A stretch of DNA of 64,000 bases from a virus. The translations under genes were made by a program, and so were the position numbers. How positions within the stretch are numbered: position 1 is the stretch's first letter; each line of letters starts with the position of its first letter. The notes under the pieces are model-generated. The model saw only the letters and a list, made by a program, of their open reading frames with translations. It did no database searches and was not told the DNA's origin. Shown here in pieces: positions 7,273 to 17,465 of this stretch. Location: IMG/VR virus record IMGVR_UViG_3300020424_000002, positions 64,001 through 128,000 of that record, one strand, 5' to 3'.

Positions 7273-9560
7273 GCGTCACATTCCTCATCATCTAATTCTT
7301 CCTGTACTGGAAGTGGTTCGTCTTTTACTTCGACAACCTCATCTGTCTTCATATCATATGTATTTTGGTAATAAGAAGTCTTCCATCCATATTTATAAGT
7401 TTTAAGAAGGTCTGTTGCCATCTCAGAGATAGGAACTTCGTTATTTTCATAGTTTTCTGGGTTATAAGACCAGTTACCACTAATACCTTGGTCAAAGAAT
7501 TTCTGCATAACAGAAACTACTTTGATATATCCATCATTGTCTTGCATATCCCATAATAATGTATAGAAGTTCTGCAACATTTGATATGATGGAACAACCT
7601 GTTTTAGAGGCCCTTTCTTAGACTTTTTAATAGTAATATAGTCTCTAGGTGGTTCTATACCATTTGTCTCGTTAGAAACGACGCTAGAGGACTCTGAGGG
7701 CATCTGTGCAGACAATGTACTATGTCTTAGTCCAAAACTCTCTATTGACTTTCTTAATTTATCCCAGTTTTCTTTATACACTGGTTTTGCAATTTCGTCA
7801 ACATCTTTTTTATATGTATCAATAGGTAGTTTACCTTCTGCATATTTTGTTCTATCAAACCACTCACATTTACCTTTTTCTTTTGCAAGTTTGTTTGATG
7901 CTTTCAATAAGTTATATTGGAAACTTTCTGTAAGTTCATGCACTAATTTATGTGCTTTTGCATCACCATATTTAACTTTGTTCTTTGCAAGAAAATGTGC
8001 AAGTCCAATGTATCCAATCCCTAAACTTCTTCTTGCCTTTGTTGATATTTCTGCAGCTTTTACTGGATATCTTTGATAATCAATTAGTTCATCTAATCCA
8101 CGAACTGATAATTGACATAATTCTGGTAGTTCTTCTAGTTTAATTGCACCTACATTGATTGCAGATAGTATACAAAGTGCAATCTCACCTTCTTCATCAT
8201 CTGGATGACTTATAGGTGTTGTTGGTAAAGTAATTTCTTGACATAAGTTGCTCATGTTCACTTTGTCAAGAAAACTACTATGACTATTACTATGGTCTAT
8301 ATTCATAATATAGATTCTTCCTGTTTCTGCTCTTTCTTTGAGCATATCCATAAACAGTATTCTTGCACTTACTTTCTTTTTAGGGATAGAATAAGCTCTC
8401 TCGTACTTTTCGTATAGTTCATCAAACTTATCTGTGCCAAATGCATCGTACAAATCAGGCACATCGTGAGGAGAAAACAAAGTGATATCCTCGTCTTTAA
8501 TAAATCTTTCATAAAATAATTTAGATAACTGAATCGAATAGTCTAACTTTCTGACTCTATTGTCTTCTGTTCCTTTGTTATTTTTGAGGACAATAATGTC
8601 TTCAATCTCTTGATGCCAGATTGGGAAATGGACAGTAGCTGACCCACCCCTAACACCATTTTGTGTACAACATCTGACTGTTGATTCAAATTTCTTGAGG
8701 AAAGGTATAACTCCTGTGTGCTGTACTTCTCCACCACGAATTTTAGAGTTGATTCCACGAATCCTACCAGCATTAATACCAATTCCAGCCCTCTGTGCAA
8801 CATACCTACCGATAGCCATATCACTAGAAAAAATACTTGGCAAAGTGTCATCACTGTCCACCAAAACACAACTAGCAAACTGTCGAAGAGGAGTTCTAAC
8901 CCCCGCCATAACTGGGGTTGGTATGTTGATTTTAAATTGACTAATCGCGTCATAATATCTTTTAACATAATTTAACCTCGTTTCTTTAGGGTAGTCCTTA
9001 AATAGAACTGCACTAATCAAAATGTACATAAACTGTGGAGACTCATACAGTTTACCAGTTGACCTGTCCTGTACAAGATATTTATCCACTACCTGTCGAA
9101 GACCTGCGTATGCAAACATCAAGTCTCGATTATGATTCAGATATGAGTTTAATTTACTCCATTCATCATCGTCATAATAACCTATCAATTCTTTGTCATA
9201 AACACCTAGTTCTATATTTCTTTCTACTATCTCTTTTAATGGTGGATATATTTTACTATCTTTCCATTTGGTATTAAAGACATCTTTACGAATTGCAAAC
9301 AATAATAATCTTGCAGCTACATATTGATAATTTGGTGTATCCAATGATATCAAATCAGATGCAGATTTTATTAATGTGTCTTGAATCTCTTGAGTTGTGA
9401 CTCCATCATAAAAAGATAAGTTTGCACTCATTTCAACCTGTGATGCAGAAACCCCATTGATACCATCACATGCAGCTTCTACCATTTTATGAATTTTATC
9501 TAAATTTAAATTTTCTTTTGACCCATCCCTCTTTACTATACTAAGTCCATTACCATTCAC
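7260..9560 (-). CDS. nrdA: Ribonucleotide reductase class Ia alpha subunit
   Basis: ATP cone (VKRDG), SCV, SNLCQE, KTSYY, C-terminal CDAC; no intein or intron evident. Confidence 0.98.
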   Translation of the reverse strand: MNGNGLSIVKRDGSKENLNLDKIHKMVEAACDGINGVSASQVEMSANLSFYDGVTTQEIQDTLIKSASDLISLDTPNYQYVAARLLLFAIRKDVFNTKWKDSKIYPPLKEIVERNIELGVYDKELIGYYDDDEWSKLNSYLNHNRDLMFAYAGLRQVVDKYLVQDRSTGKLYESPQFMYILISAVLFKDYPKETRLNYVKRYYDAISQFKINIPTPVMAGVRTPLRQFASCVLVDSDDTLPSIFSSDMAIGRYVAQRAGIGINAGRIRGINSKIRGGEVQHTGVIPFLKKFESTVRCCTQNGVRGGSATVHFPIWHQEIEDIIVLKNNKGTEDNRVRKLDYSIQLSKLFYERFIKDEDITLFSPHDVPDLYDAFGTDKFDELYEKYERAYSIPKKKVSARILFMDMLKERAETGRIYIMNIDHSNSHSSFLDKVNMSNLCQEITLPTTPISHPDDEEGEIALCILSAINVGAIKLEELPELCQLSVRGLDELIDYQRYPVKAAEISTKARRSLGIGYIGLAHFLAKNKVKYGDAKAHKLVHELTESFQYNLLKASNKLAKEKGKCEWFDRTKYAEGKLPIDTYKKDVDEIAKPVYKENWDKLRKSIESFGLRHSTLSAQMPSESSSVVSNETNGIEPPRDYITIKKSKKGPLKQVVPSYQMLQNFYTLLWDMQDNDGYIKVVSVMQKFFDQGISGNWSYNPENYENNEVPISEMATDLLKTYKYGWKTSYYQNTYDMKTDEVVEVKDEPLPVQEELDDEECDACAI

Positions 9561-10552
9561 TATACTTTACTCCAGTTATTAATCACAAGATTTAATGATA
9601 AACCTTGTTGTGTATTCTCTTTTATCACATCAATGATGTCTGGTATCCGATTGAGTACCATATCATTAATATCTTTTTCTTTTATTGTCTCAGGCCATAC
9701 ACAAACTTTGTATCCAAGCTCTGACATTTTTCTCATCTTCTTGATGATTTCCTTATTCCTTGGTTCATTATCAAAGACAAGAGTTGAATTACTCTTGGAT
9801 ATTTCGTTTGTTACCTTGGAGAAGTCTGAACCTGCGACTGCAATGCAGTTGTCCAGAAATAAAGAGTCAATTGGCCCTTCAACAACATAAAGAGGTTGGT
9901 TGAAATCAACTTTGTCGAGATTGAAAATAAGTGGTTTTTCTTCATCGAATCGTAGTGTTAAATATCTCAGTTGTGAATCATTTAATGCTCTACCTGTGAC
10001 TCCTATGAGATTTTTTTGTCTATCATAGAAGGGTAAAACAAGTCTTGGGTCATTTCCTAAAACTCTCTTATTATACTTATAATTTATTGAACTTAGACTT
10101 TGTGCAGACTCAACAAAGTAAAAATCATCCCACCACTTCTTTGGTATTTCTCTTCTAGTTAGATAGTCAACACATAACTGACTTTCAGTTGCCCTAGGAT
10201 ATTTACCAAGTGGGTTCTCTTTAAACTTTGGTGGTTCAAAAGTAAAGTTCTGTTGTGCAACTGGTCTGGTATCATTCTTCTTACCGAATCTTTCCATGAC
10301 CCATTGTTTATACAACATTTCATCGTGGTCTTTGAGAAAAATACCTATATTGGTTGAATGACCACAATTGTGACATTTATAGACATAGGTATCCTTATGT
10401 TGAAAGTGATATCCTCTTGCTTTTAACTGGTTCTTGGAACTGTCTCCACAATATGGACATGAATGGTTAAGAACTTTATCGTCCTTCCATTTCACATTAC
10501 GAAATTTAGGGGATACCAATTTAAGGTATTTTTTATCAATCCACAAAGACAT
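9560..10552 (-). CDS. gp61: DNA primase (T4 gp61-like)
   Basis: CPYCGDS...CHNC zinc finger; EGPIDS and DNEPRN TOPRIM; KDIND. Confidence 0.95.
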   Translation of the reverse strand: MSLWIDKKYLKLVSPKFRNVKWKDDKVLNHSCPYCGDSSKNQLKARGYHFQHKDTYVYKCHNCGHSTNIGIFLKDHDEMLYKQWVMERFGKKNDTRPVAQQNFTFEPPKFKENPLGKYPRATESQLCVDYLTRREIPKKWWDDFYFVESAQSLSSINYKYNKRVLGNDPRLVLPFYDRQKNLIGVTGRALNDSQLRYLTLRFDEEKPLIFNLDKVDFNQPLYVVEGPIDSLFLDNCIAVAGSDFSKVTNEISKSNSTLVFDNEPRNKEIIKKMRKMSELGYKVCVWPETIKEKDINDMVLNRIPDIIDVIKENTQQGLSLNLVINNWSKV

Positions 10553-10558
10553 ATACCT

Positions 10559-10586
10559 ATAATACTATATAATTGGTATTTGTCAA
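10559..10586 (-). promoter_or_regulatory. Class B promoter (16-bp spacer) for primase
   Basis: TTGACA-aataccaattatatag-TATTAT. Confidence 0.6.
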
Positions 10587-10627
10587 GGTAATAATCCCTC
10601 TCTCTTGGGATTACTTAGACATTGGTT

Positions 10628-11158
10628 TTAATTTTTCTTGATAACTGCAGCTTGACCCTGTGAGGTAGAACCATCTGGGTTCTTGATGGTGACATTTCTG
10701 TAGTAAACTACCACTTCTTGTACTTCACGAATGTATCTTCGTAGTTCTTGCATGTTGTATGCAAGGAGTTCATAATCACTGACCGAGAATGCAACAAAGA
10801 CGATATCACCATTGTTCATCTTCTTCATATCATCCATAAATCTATCGAGATATGTGTAATCTTCTGGCCAATCTGGATTTTCTTTACCCAAATCACATAC
10901 CCATTTACCATCTACTTTGGTTCTAGGTCTTTTACCTTCTTCATTTTTGATACATGGATTTGCAATCTTGGCTTCAGATACCACATAAAACCTAGGTTCT
11001 TTCAAATCAATGTTCCTAGGCATTGTTGGTTGTAATATATCTATTTCTAATGGTTTGGATACGATATCTACTTTCTTAGTCCCAAAACTAGCACAACTAG
11101 TTGTTAGGATTAATATCAGCGGAAGGGTCGTCCAAAGAATCCAGTTCTTTACTGTCAT
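10628..11158 (-). CDS. Lipoprotein, probable o-spanin
   Basis: Signal peptide with lipobox (LTTS-C); overlaps upstream TM coiled-coil gene. Confidence 0.6.
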   Translation of the reverse strand: MTVKNWILWTTLPLILILTTSCASFGTKKVDIVSKPLEIDILQPTMPRNIDLKEPRFYVVSEAKIANPCIKNEEGKRPRTKVDGKWVCDLGKENPDWPEDYTYLDRFMDDMKKMNNGDIVFVAFSVSDYELLAYNMQELRRYIREVQEVVVYYRNVTIKNPDGSTSQGQAAVIKKN

Positions 11159-11492
11159 TTTCTATACTCTCAAAAACTTGTGCAGTACCATCGTTGATTC
11201 TTTTTTCAATCATTCCTGGCTTTGCAATTGCAAGTTGGTTTAAATTATGTCTTCTAAAAATGTCTAGATATTGATTCATTTCTTCTTCAATCTGAGCATT
11301 TTTTTGCATCATTTGTTGTAAGGATTTACCTTGTAATTCAAATGATTCTTTCATTGCAGTCATGGCTGCTTGTTGTTCCTCAACTGCACCTTCAAGTGCA
11401 AGGTTGTTTGCAGTTAATGTTTGGTTTTGATTATAAAGATAAAAGGTTGCAAGACCTAATATCAATATAATACCCATGAACATTTGATTCAT
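11097..11492 (-). CDS. Probable i-spanin
   Basis: N-terminal TM followed by a long coiled coil; adjacent to a lipoprotein. Confidence 0.6.
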   Translation of the reverse strand: MNQMFMGIILILGLATFYLYNQNQTLTANNLALEGAVEEQQAAMTAMKESFELQGKSLQQMMQKNAQIEEEMNQYLDIFRRHNLNQLAIAKPGMIEKRINDGTAQVFESIENDSKELDSLDDPSADINPNN

Positions 11493-11710
11493 TATGAATA
11501 TTCCTCAATGTATTTTTTTACATCACCTACAGTAATTAGATTATCTGTATCCTCATCTGGTATTTCCATATCAAATTCTTTTTCAAATAACATTACAAGT
11601 TCTACTGTATGTAAAGAATCTGCACCTAAATCTTCCATGATTTTACTGTCATCATTTATTGTTGATGCATCTATATGTAAATGGTCTGCAATTAATTGTT
11701 CTACTGACAT
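11492..11710 (-). CDS. acpP: Acyl carrier protein
   Basis: DLGADSLHTVELVM.FE.EF...IPDE; Ppant Ser motif. Confidence 0.92.
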   Translation of the reverse strand: MSVEQLIADHLHIDASTINDDSKIMEDLGADSLHTVELVMLFEKEFDMEIPDEDTDNLITVGDVKKYIEEYS

Positions 11711-11711
11711 T

Positions 11712-12062
11712 TTATAACTCCTTTATTATATAGTTCAGTCCAGCTGCACTTCTATATTCTACAACCTCATCATCTTCGGTTGTAAACTTTAAATGTTTTT
11801 CTTTCTGTACTGAAATCTTTTTCACTATATAACTTTTATCATCTGCATCACCCCATTCTTTGTTGAATGATACTGTCACTTCATATCTTGTTCTGAATAA
11901 GTCTATAAACCACCAAAATGCAAACTTAATCCATTCCCAAATTTTAATTATCCACTTTCGCACTTGCTCTCCACTGATAACATGACCAATATCTTGCTTT
12001 CCATTTAGGGCCAGGGTCTGAACAATTATGTCTTGCTCTAAATGACTTTCTTCGTTCTGCAT
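11712..12062 (-). CDS. Hypothetical protein (true start probably near 11960)
   Basis: Trp-rich amphipathic N-terminal part, beta-rich C-terminus. Confidence 0.55.
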   Translation of the reverse strand: MQNEESHLEQDIIVQTLALNGKQDIGHVISGEQVRKWIIKIWEWIKFAFWWFIDLFRTRYEVTVSFNKEWGDADDKSYIVKKISVQKEKHLKFTTEDDEVVEYRSAAGLNYIIKEL

Positions 12063-13038
12063 TATCTCTGTTTATACCCATGTTAGGGTCTCCAAAACGA
12101 ACCACTACGACTTTTCCTTTCTCATTCTTTACATAGACCTTAAACTTCTTGTTAGGGTTCTCAGAAGTCCTTATAGGGTCGTTTAGTGTAACTTTCTTAC
12201 CTTGATACTCTGCTTCTGTAATTACATGGTCATAATATCCTAAACATTCTGCACAACATTCTTCTTGAGCTCTTTTGATTTGGTCTGCTGTAGGAGCTCC
12301 TTTTTCACCCTTTTTCCTCATCTTCTCACCAGAACCAGCTTTAATTCTTGCCTTTTTCTTTCTGATATTGTCCCAGAGACCTTCGTCTAATTCATCATCA
12401 CCTAATTTTAAAAACATTCTATTTTTAATTTGTTTTTTATCGGATGCAGTCATTCCTGCTTGTTTTGCAAGAGAGTTGATAAATGCAAGACCATCTTTTT
12501 CATTTGCTTTGTATCTCCTACCCATTTCTTTCTTAAGACCATTTGCAATTATGTCAAGAACATGAGATACATTTGTCACTATCCTACCATCTGTCATAAG
12601 TCTTGCCTCATTTACAGACTGTAGTGAACCTTTTAAAACAACTTTTTTCTTTTCTTTTTCTTTGTTTTTTACAAGAGGTGGATGTTCGTCTTCGTCACCA
12701 GCAACAATCATACCTATTTGATTTATTAAAGATGTAACTACTGGTGTGGGTAATTGTGATAATTGTTGCATCACATCTTTAGATAGACCTTTTACATTTT
12801 TTAGTTTCTTTTTCCAAGAAGAGATTGCAGTCATATCTTTTTTTCTTGATTCATTCATTGACTGACCAGGCGTATCATCCATATACCTTTTCAAAAGTTC
12901 TGGTGTTCCTACTTCTCTATAACCAGAGTCTTCTTTCTTTTTCTTTTTACGAACAATAGGTTTATCAGTAGAAACTGCAGCTCCAGTTGAGTTTACTGGT
13001 GCGTCTTCGAACATTTCTTTAAACCTTTTTATTTTCAT
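11944..13038 (-). CDS. Modular basic protein, putative capsid-internal polyprotein (C-terminal DUF6321-like)
   Basis: MKIKRFKEMFE leader; modules separated by xNE/LDE/ITE; KVYV...RFGD...RKSFRARH.C...YWSC. Confidence 0.65.
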   Translation of the reverse strand: MKIKRFKEMFEDAPVNSTGAAVSTDKPIVRKKKKKEDSGYREVGTPELLKRYMDDTPGQSMNESRKKDMTAISSWKKKLKNVKGLSKDVMQQLSQLPTPVVTSLINQIGMIVAGDEDEHPPLVKNKEKEKKKVVLKGSLQSVNEARLMTDGRIVTNVSHVLDIIANGLKKEMGRRYKANEKDGLAFINSLAKQAGMTASDKKQIKNRMFLKLGDDELDEGLWDNIRKKKARIKAGSGEKMRKKGEKGAPTADQIKRAQEECCAECLGYYDHVITEAEYQGKKVTLNDPIRTSENPNKKFKVYVKNEKGKVVVVRFGDPNMGINRDNAERRKSFRARHNCSDPGPKWKARYWSCYQWRASAKVDN

Positions 13039-14126
13039 GCTACCTCTTCTAATGGTTTACTTAATTCTTCCCATGATGTTTCGTAGTCTGATTCTGCATC
13101 AATCCATTGTGAAACACCTAACTGTTCATATTTAGGTAAAAGTCTATCTGGAAGTAGTCCAATCTTCTTAAGATTAGGCATGACTCTGTTAAATAATAGA
13201 TATTGAAATTGTGAACTTAATGTATTTTCTTTAGACCATTCGTCTGTATATTCTAAATCAAATCCCCATTTTTCCCAAACTTCATATTGTTTAAATCTAT
13301 TTCTCATAACAGTACATGCTTCCAAACAAAAATCTTCTCTTTCTATTCTTTCTTTTTCTGTTAGTGTTGTAACAAAACTTGTTAAATAATTTACACCAAA
13401 TGTTACATGTCTTGCTTCATCACGAATTACAAGTCCTAACAATCTTTTAAATACTGGGTCTTGAGTAGTATCTCTTATAGTATTAAAGATTGCAAGTGCA
13501 AGTCCTTCTATGATAATTTGCATTCCTATGAATTTAAAATCCCACCTTGGGTCTGTGAGTATCTTATCTAGTAATGCTTTTAAATTTTTTCCAATAGGCA
13601 TAATTCTACCTATTCTAGTTTGTAAATATTTGTTAAATGCTTCTACATGTCTTGCCTCATCAAAGGTCTGAGAAGCTGCATATAGTTTTGCATTGAATGT
13701 TGGAGCACAACTTGTAAGTTGAGATGCAACTAGTAATGCACCTTGTTCACCATGCATAAGTTGACTTATAGTCCAATCTTGACTATCCTTAATAAACTGA
13801 CATCTATCTTCATAGGATAACTTTGCATAATCTTTATGGTTTTTCCATTGGTCATCCATAAACTTAAAACCTTCATCACTAAATTCTGGATAAGGAATAC
13901 TCCAATCTACATCCTTTTCTACATTCCATTCTAACTCTTTACCAAGTTCATATAATTTTTTTATACGATTATCTTGTACTTTGTAATCCCAGTTATAACA
14001 ACCAGTTAAAGGTGTGTTAAATATTTCTATCACATCTTCTGGATTTATTTCTTGTTCTACTGGATAGTTTGCACCTTCAAATAGTTTGTCTTCTAAAGGT
14101 GGATTGTCTACTTTAGATATTTTCAT
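13035..14126 (-). CDS. Ferritin-like diiron oxygenase (AurF/desaturase-like)
   Basis: HGEQGA, DEARH, IEGLA, DEARH paired ExxH motifs. Confidence 0.8.
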   Translation of the reverse strand: MKISKVDNPPLEDKLFEGANYPVEQEINPEDVIEIFNTPLTGCYNWDYKVQDNRIKKLYELGKELEWNVEKDVDWSIPYPEFSDEGFKFMDDQWKNHKDYAKLSYEDRCQFIKDSQDWTISQLMHGEQGALLVASQLTSCAPTFNAKLYAASQTFDEARHVEAFNKYLQTRIGRIMPIGKNLKALLDKILTDPRWDFKFIGMQIIIEGLALAIFNTIRDTTQDPVFKRLLGLVIRDEARHVTFGVNYLTSFVTTLTEKERIEREDFCLEACTVMRNRFKQYEVWEKWGFDLEYTDEWSKENTLSSQFQYLLFNRVMPNLKKIGLLPDRLLPKYEQLGVSQWIDAESDYETSWEELSKPLEEVA

Positions 14127-14707
14127 TTTACATCGTGTCCTGTTATTAACATTGATTGGTCTTTACTGTAGTTATATACACGATATATATCTACACCCAT
14201 GACATTATCAGTTTTACCTAAGATTTGTACTCGGTCTCCTCTAGTACCAATACAATCTTCTTCGTTCCAAACTGATTGTCGTAATTCGTAGTCTTTTCCT
14301 TTTACCAAATTATTTTTATTATCATGTCCTTCTAAAAGGTCAAGTGTTAAATCATTTTCTTTTAAATATGTGTAGAACGATTCTTCTAGATATTTTCCAT
14401 CTATTTCAAAATGTTCTTTGAGAAGTGCTAACGATGCAGCGTAAGATGCAAGTCTTGTCCTACCAAATGGTAGAAGTTCTAAGACTCTTTTTAAATTAAA
14501 TACTAACCTGTGTAGTAATGTGAATGAATTTTTTTCTTCTGAGGTTTTAGGTTTTTTGGTTTTTATTCTTTTACCATTATCATCAATGAGACCGAACTTA
14601 TATGCATCCATCTCACTCCACTTTCTGGTCATCATTTTTAGAATACGAAATACAATGACTGTATCAACTACATTCATTGCACCTTCTTTTAACTGTACCT
14701 GTGTCAT
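14123..14707 (-). CDS. Conserved T4-like hypothetical protein
   Basis: DAYKFGLID..G...LHRLVFNLKR...LASYAA.L.LLKE. Confidence 0.65.
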   Translation of the reverse strand: MTQVQLKEGAMNVVDTVIVFRILKMMTRKWSEMDAYKFGLIDDNGKRIKTKKPKTSEEKNSFTLLHRLVFNLKRVLELLPFGRTRLASYAASLALLKEHFEIDGKYLEESFYTYLKENDLTLDLLEGHDNKNNLVKGKDYELRQSVWNEEDCIGTRGDRVQILGKTDNVMGVDIYRVYNYSKDQSMLITGHDVK

Positions 14708-15072
14708 AATTCTCTTAATACCCCTGCTACTTCCATATCTATTGGTATTTCAGTCTTCCAATCTTCTGTCACATAGTCCATATAGATTAAACAAGTTTTG
14801 AGTACAGGCCAGTACTCTTGGTCTATTTTGAATTCTAACATTTTTATTGTATTTTCGAATCCAAAAATATTGAAAATGACAATGAGATGATTAAGAATTA
14901 ATCTTTCTCTGAGTTCACCATTTTTATAATATCTTCGTAGTAATCTTTTTAAATACCTAAACCTACGAAGGTCTTCCATGAACTCTTCCATCGATGTGCA
15001 TTGAGGGTTATCATAACACTGCATTGCAAACATCGTGAAGTTCTCATCTGTTAAATTTTCAAATAATTTCAT
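14704..15072 (-). CDS. Conserved T4-like hypothetical protein
   Basis: YDNPQC...EF.EDL.RF.Y.KRL...ERLILNH motif. Confidence 0.7.
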   Translation of the reverse strand: MKLFENLTDENFTMFAMQCYDNPQCTSMEEFMEDLRRFRYLKRLLRRYYKNGELRERLILNHLIVIFNIFGFENTIKMLEFKIDQEYWPVLKTCLIYMDYVTEDWKTEIPIDMEVAGVLREL

Positions 15073-15121
15073 AATTTATATCCTAGTATTATACTAGTAT
15101 ATAGGTGAATTATAAGAAAGT

Positions 15122-15568
15122 TTACTTAATGTTTGCAACTACTTTAAACATCTTGTTAGGAAGTCTTTCGTATTCAACATGCATTTTAAGTTCTGGGCCT
15201 TTTGATGAAATGAAGTCGTCATCTAAGTCGTTACCTTCTTCATCTTTACCCATTCTACCACCATATTGAGTGATAGGTAAGTCCATTGAACCAGAATCAG
15301 ATACATCTTCATCTATGATTGTGTCAAATTCTATTCCAACTTGTTCTACTTTTCTGTATAATTGTTCTAAAGCAGCTTGAACTGTAATGTGTTCTCTATC
15401 TGCAATGTCACCTATCCAAGTATTTAATCTAGACAAAACTTTTGAATCAGATGCAAATAGGTGTAAATCCTCTGTAGGTACTCGACCTGTAACATCTTTG
15501 TTTAGTCTGTATCCACCATTTGCACCTGTATCATATGCTTCACTAATGTATTTCTTGAATGATTTCAT
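15122..15568 (-). CDS. Putative capsid-internal protein
   Basis: MKSFKKYISEA leader resembling the T4 capsid-targeting sequence. Confidence 0.6.
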   Translation of the reverse strand: MKSFKKYISEAYDTGANGGYRLNKDVTGRVPTEDLHLFASDSKVLSRLNTWIGDIADREHITVQAALEQLYRKVEQVGIEFDTIIDEDVSDSGSMDLPITQYGGRMGKDEEGNDLDDDFISSKGPELKMHVEYERLPNKMFKVVANIK

Positions 15569-15580
15569 AATAATTTCCTA

Positions 15581-16150
15581 TTATGCAGCTACTGTAATTG
15601 TACCCGCTGCAGTTCCTATTGAAGCTGCACTTGTAATTGTTGCATTACCACCCTCTGCTCTATCAACGATAGTTCCACTGTTAAGTGCTAGTGGGTTTGC
15701 ACCGAAACTTAATATATCACCTGCGTTTGTAGCTGCATTGTTAGCTCCAATTGCAAGAGAGAATGTAAGTTTGTTGGTTGATGAACCACTTGCATATGCA
15801 AGTAAGTGTGGCCCTCTTCCAGAACCAGAACCTTGGTTTCCATTAGTTACTGATAATGTAGGTGTTCCACCAGAAGTATTAACTGTTACTTTTTCATTAA
15901 AAGTTACTGTTGCTGATAATGTACCACCATCTGATTTATCAAATGCTGTTGATACCCAATCAATACTTGTTATGTCTGCTTGACCGATAGAAGTTGCAAG
16001 TTCTCCAATTGCACAGAGAACCTCTTCTGGATGATTGTCAGACTTCTTAAATATCCAGCCTCTTGCATCTGCAAAGACCAATTTCTTTTGTGCAGCTGTC
16101 AACCACTTTGGTTTGGCTTCGTCTGCATCTGAATTACCCCATAAAGACAT
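15581..16150 (-). CDS. Virion structural protein, Ig-like beta domain
   Basis: MSLWG start; S/T/G-rich; VTFNEKV.V..GTP.L...Y.SGS.T..LTF; late promoter upstream. Confidence 0.65.
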   Translation of the reverse strand: MSLWGNSDADEAKPKWLTAAQKKLVFADARGWIFKKSDNHPEEVLCAIGELATSIGQADITSIDWVSTAFDKSDGGTLSATVTFNEKVTVNTSGGTPTLSVTNGNQGSGSGRGPHLLAYASGSSTNKLTFSLAIGANNAATNAGDILSFGANPLALNSGTIVDRAEGGNATITSAASIGTAAGTITVAA

Positions 16151-16206
16151 AATTATCTCCTCATTTGTTAGTTCTCTGACTGAAAACTTTTTTGTTTATA
16201 CTCTTG

Positions 16207-16214
16207 TATTTATA
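16207..16214 (-). promoter_or_regulatory. T4-type late promoter
   Basis: TATAAATA. Confidence 0.75.
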
Positions 16215-16226
16215 ACTTTTGATATC

Positions 16227-17447
16227 TCAATCACCCCAATATGCTTTAAAATCCGATTCTTTTTCTACTTCATTTACAAAGTCCATATTGATTTCATCTT
16301 CAAAAACCACTACAACACCATTAGCACTGAAATTATGTGGGTTTACAATATATTTATCTTCAATAATTTCTATGTTTGTAGGATGTGGAAGACCATATTT
16401 TTCATGTAAATGCACTGGATATTCTTTACCATTTTGTAAAACTAACTTAGGAAATTTCTTACCGACAAAACAATCACCTATCTTCTGAGGATTGTTTCTA
16501 AATGCATCTAAGTATTCGTTACCACCTAAAAGTAATGGAAAAGTATTTTGTACATATGGTCTACAATTATTTTCTAAGAAATATAATTCACCATCTTCTC
16601 CTAACATCTGAGTAATACTACCTTCATATGTACCACCCAGTTTAGCAGCTGCATTTAAATAATCTACTACATTATCCCTAACCTGTTTATCTATTTCTGG
16701 TGTGAGTTGTTCTATAATTGTATTAGTAAACCATGCAGTAGGGCCTTCCCCAGCAATTTGTTTTGATTTTGACTCATCACAATGTTCTGAAAATGTAAAT
16801 GACCATTTTCCTTCTGACATAATGTAAGATATGTTTGTTTCATATCCTTTAATACGCTCCTCACAAAAATATTTCATTTTAATTGGAATACCTAATAGGA
16901 CTCCAATTGGTGTTTTTTCAAGTATTTTTTTATCTTGGACAACTGTTGAAGAATTCCAAAACTCAGATGGTTTTAAAATAAACTGATTAGGTAATGGTTC
17001 TGTATTTAACTCTCTGTGGTCTTCACCTGTTTGTAGAGTTTTAGGTACTTTCATACCACACTTTTCTGCAAACATTTTTCCAAATTGTTTTTCTGTTTCT
17101 AATTTTATTGATGTTTCATTTGCAGATATGATATCAATTCCAAAATCTTTTTTATGTATAATACTATTAAAAGTAGGCCAAGTGTTTATGATTAAATCAA
17201 TTTTATATTTTTCTATTACTTGTTCTAATTTATCTAAATGTGTTAGTGGTAAGTTGTTACTGAGTTCAGTATAATTGTCTGGATTTGTAAAAACACGATA
17301 TTCAATGTCTGATATTGAATTTATGTTGAGTGTTTTTAAATAATTTGGACTTCCTGTTTGAGTAGTATATACTGTGTGACCATCTTCAACTAATTTTACT
17401 TGCCATTGAAGATTATGATACTCCATTTCTGTAAATAATATATTCAT
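16227..17447 (-). CDS. ATP-grasp enzyme (PurD/GARS-like fold)
   Basis: LE..K.FGK.F....G..VP, ILKP, EE.I.G.E, YFLENNCR. Confidence 0.65.
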   Translation of the reverse strand: MNILFTEMEYHNLQWQVKLVEDGHTVYTTQTGSPNYLKTLNINSISDIEYRVFTNPDNYTELSNNLPLTHLDKLEQVIEKYKIDLIINTWPTFNSIIHKKDFGIDIISANETSIKLETEKQFGKMFAEKCGMKVPKTLQTGEDHRELNTEPLPNQFILKPSEFWNSSTVVQDKKILEKTPIGVLLGIPIKMKYFCEERIKGYETNISYIMSEGKWSFTFSEHCDESKSKQIAGEGPTAWFTNTIIEQLTPEIDKQVRDNVVDYLNAAAKLGGTYEGSITQMLGEDGELYFLENNCRPYVQNTFPLLLGGNEYLDAFRNNPQKIGDCFVGKKFPKLVLQNGKEYPVHLHEKYGLPHPTNIEIIEDKYIVNPHNFSANGVVVVFEDEINMDFVNEVEKESDFKAYWGD

Positions 17448-17465
17448 AATATAGATATGTAGGTG

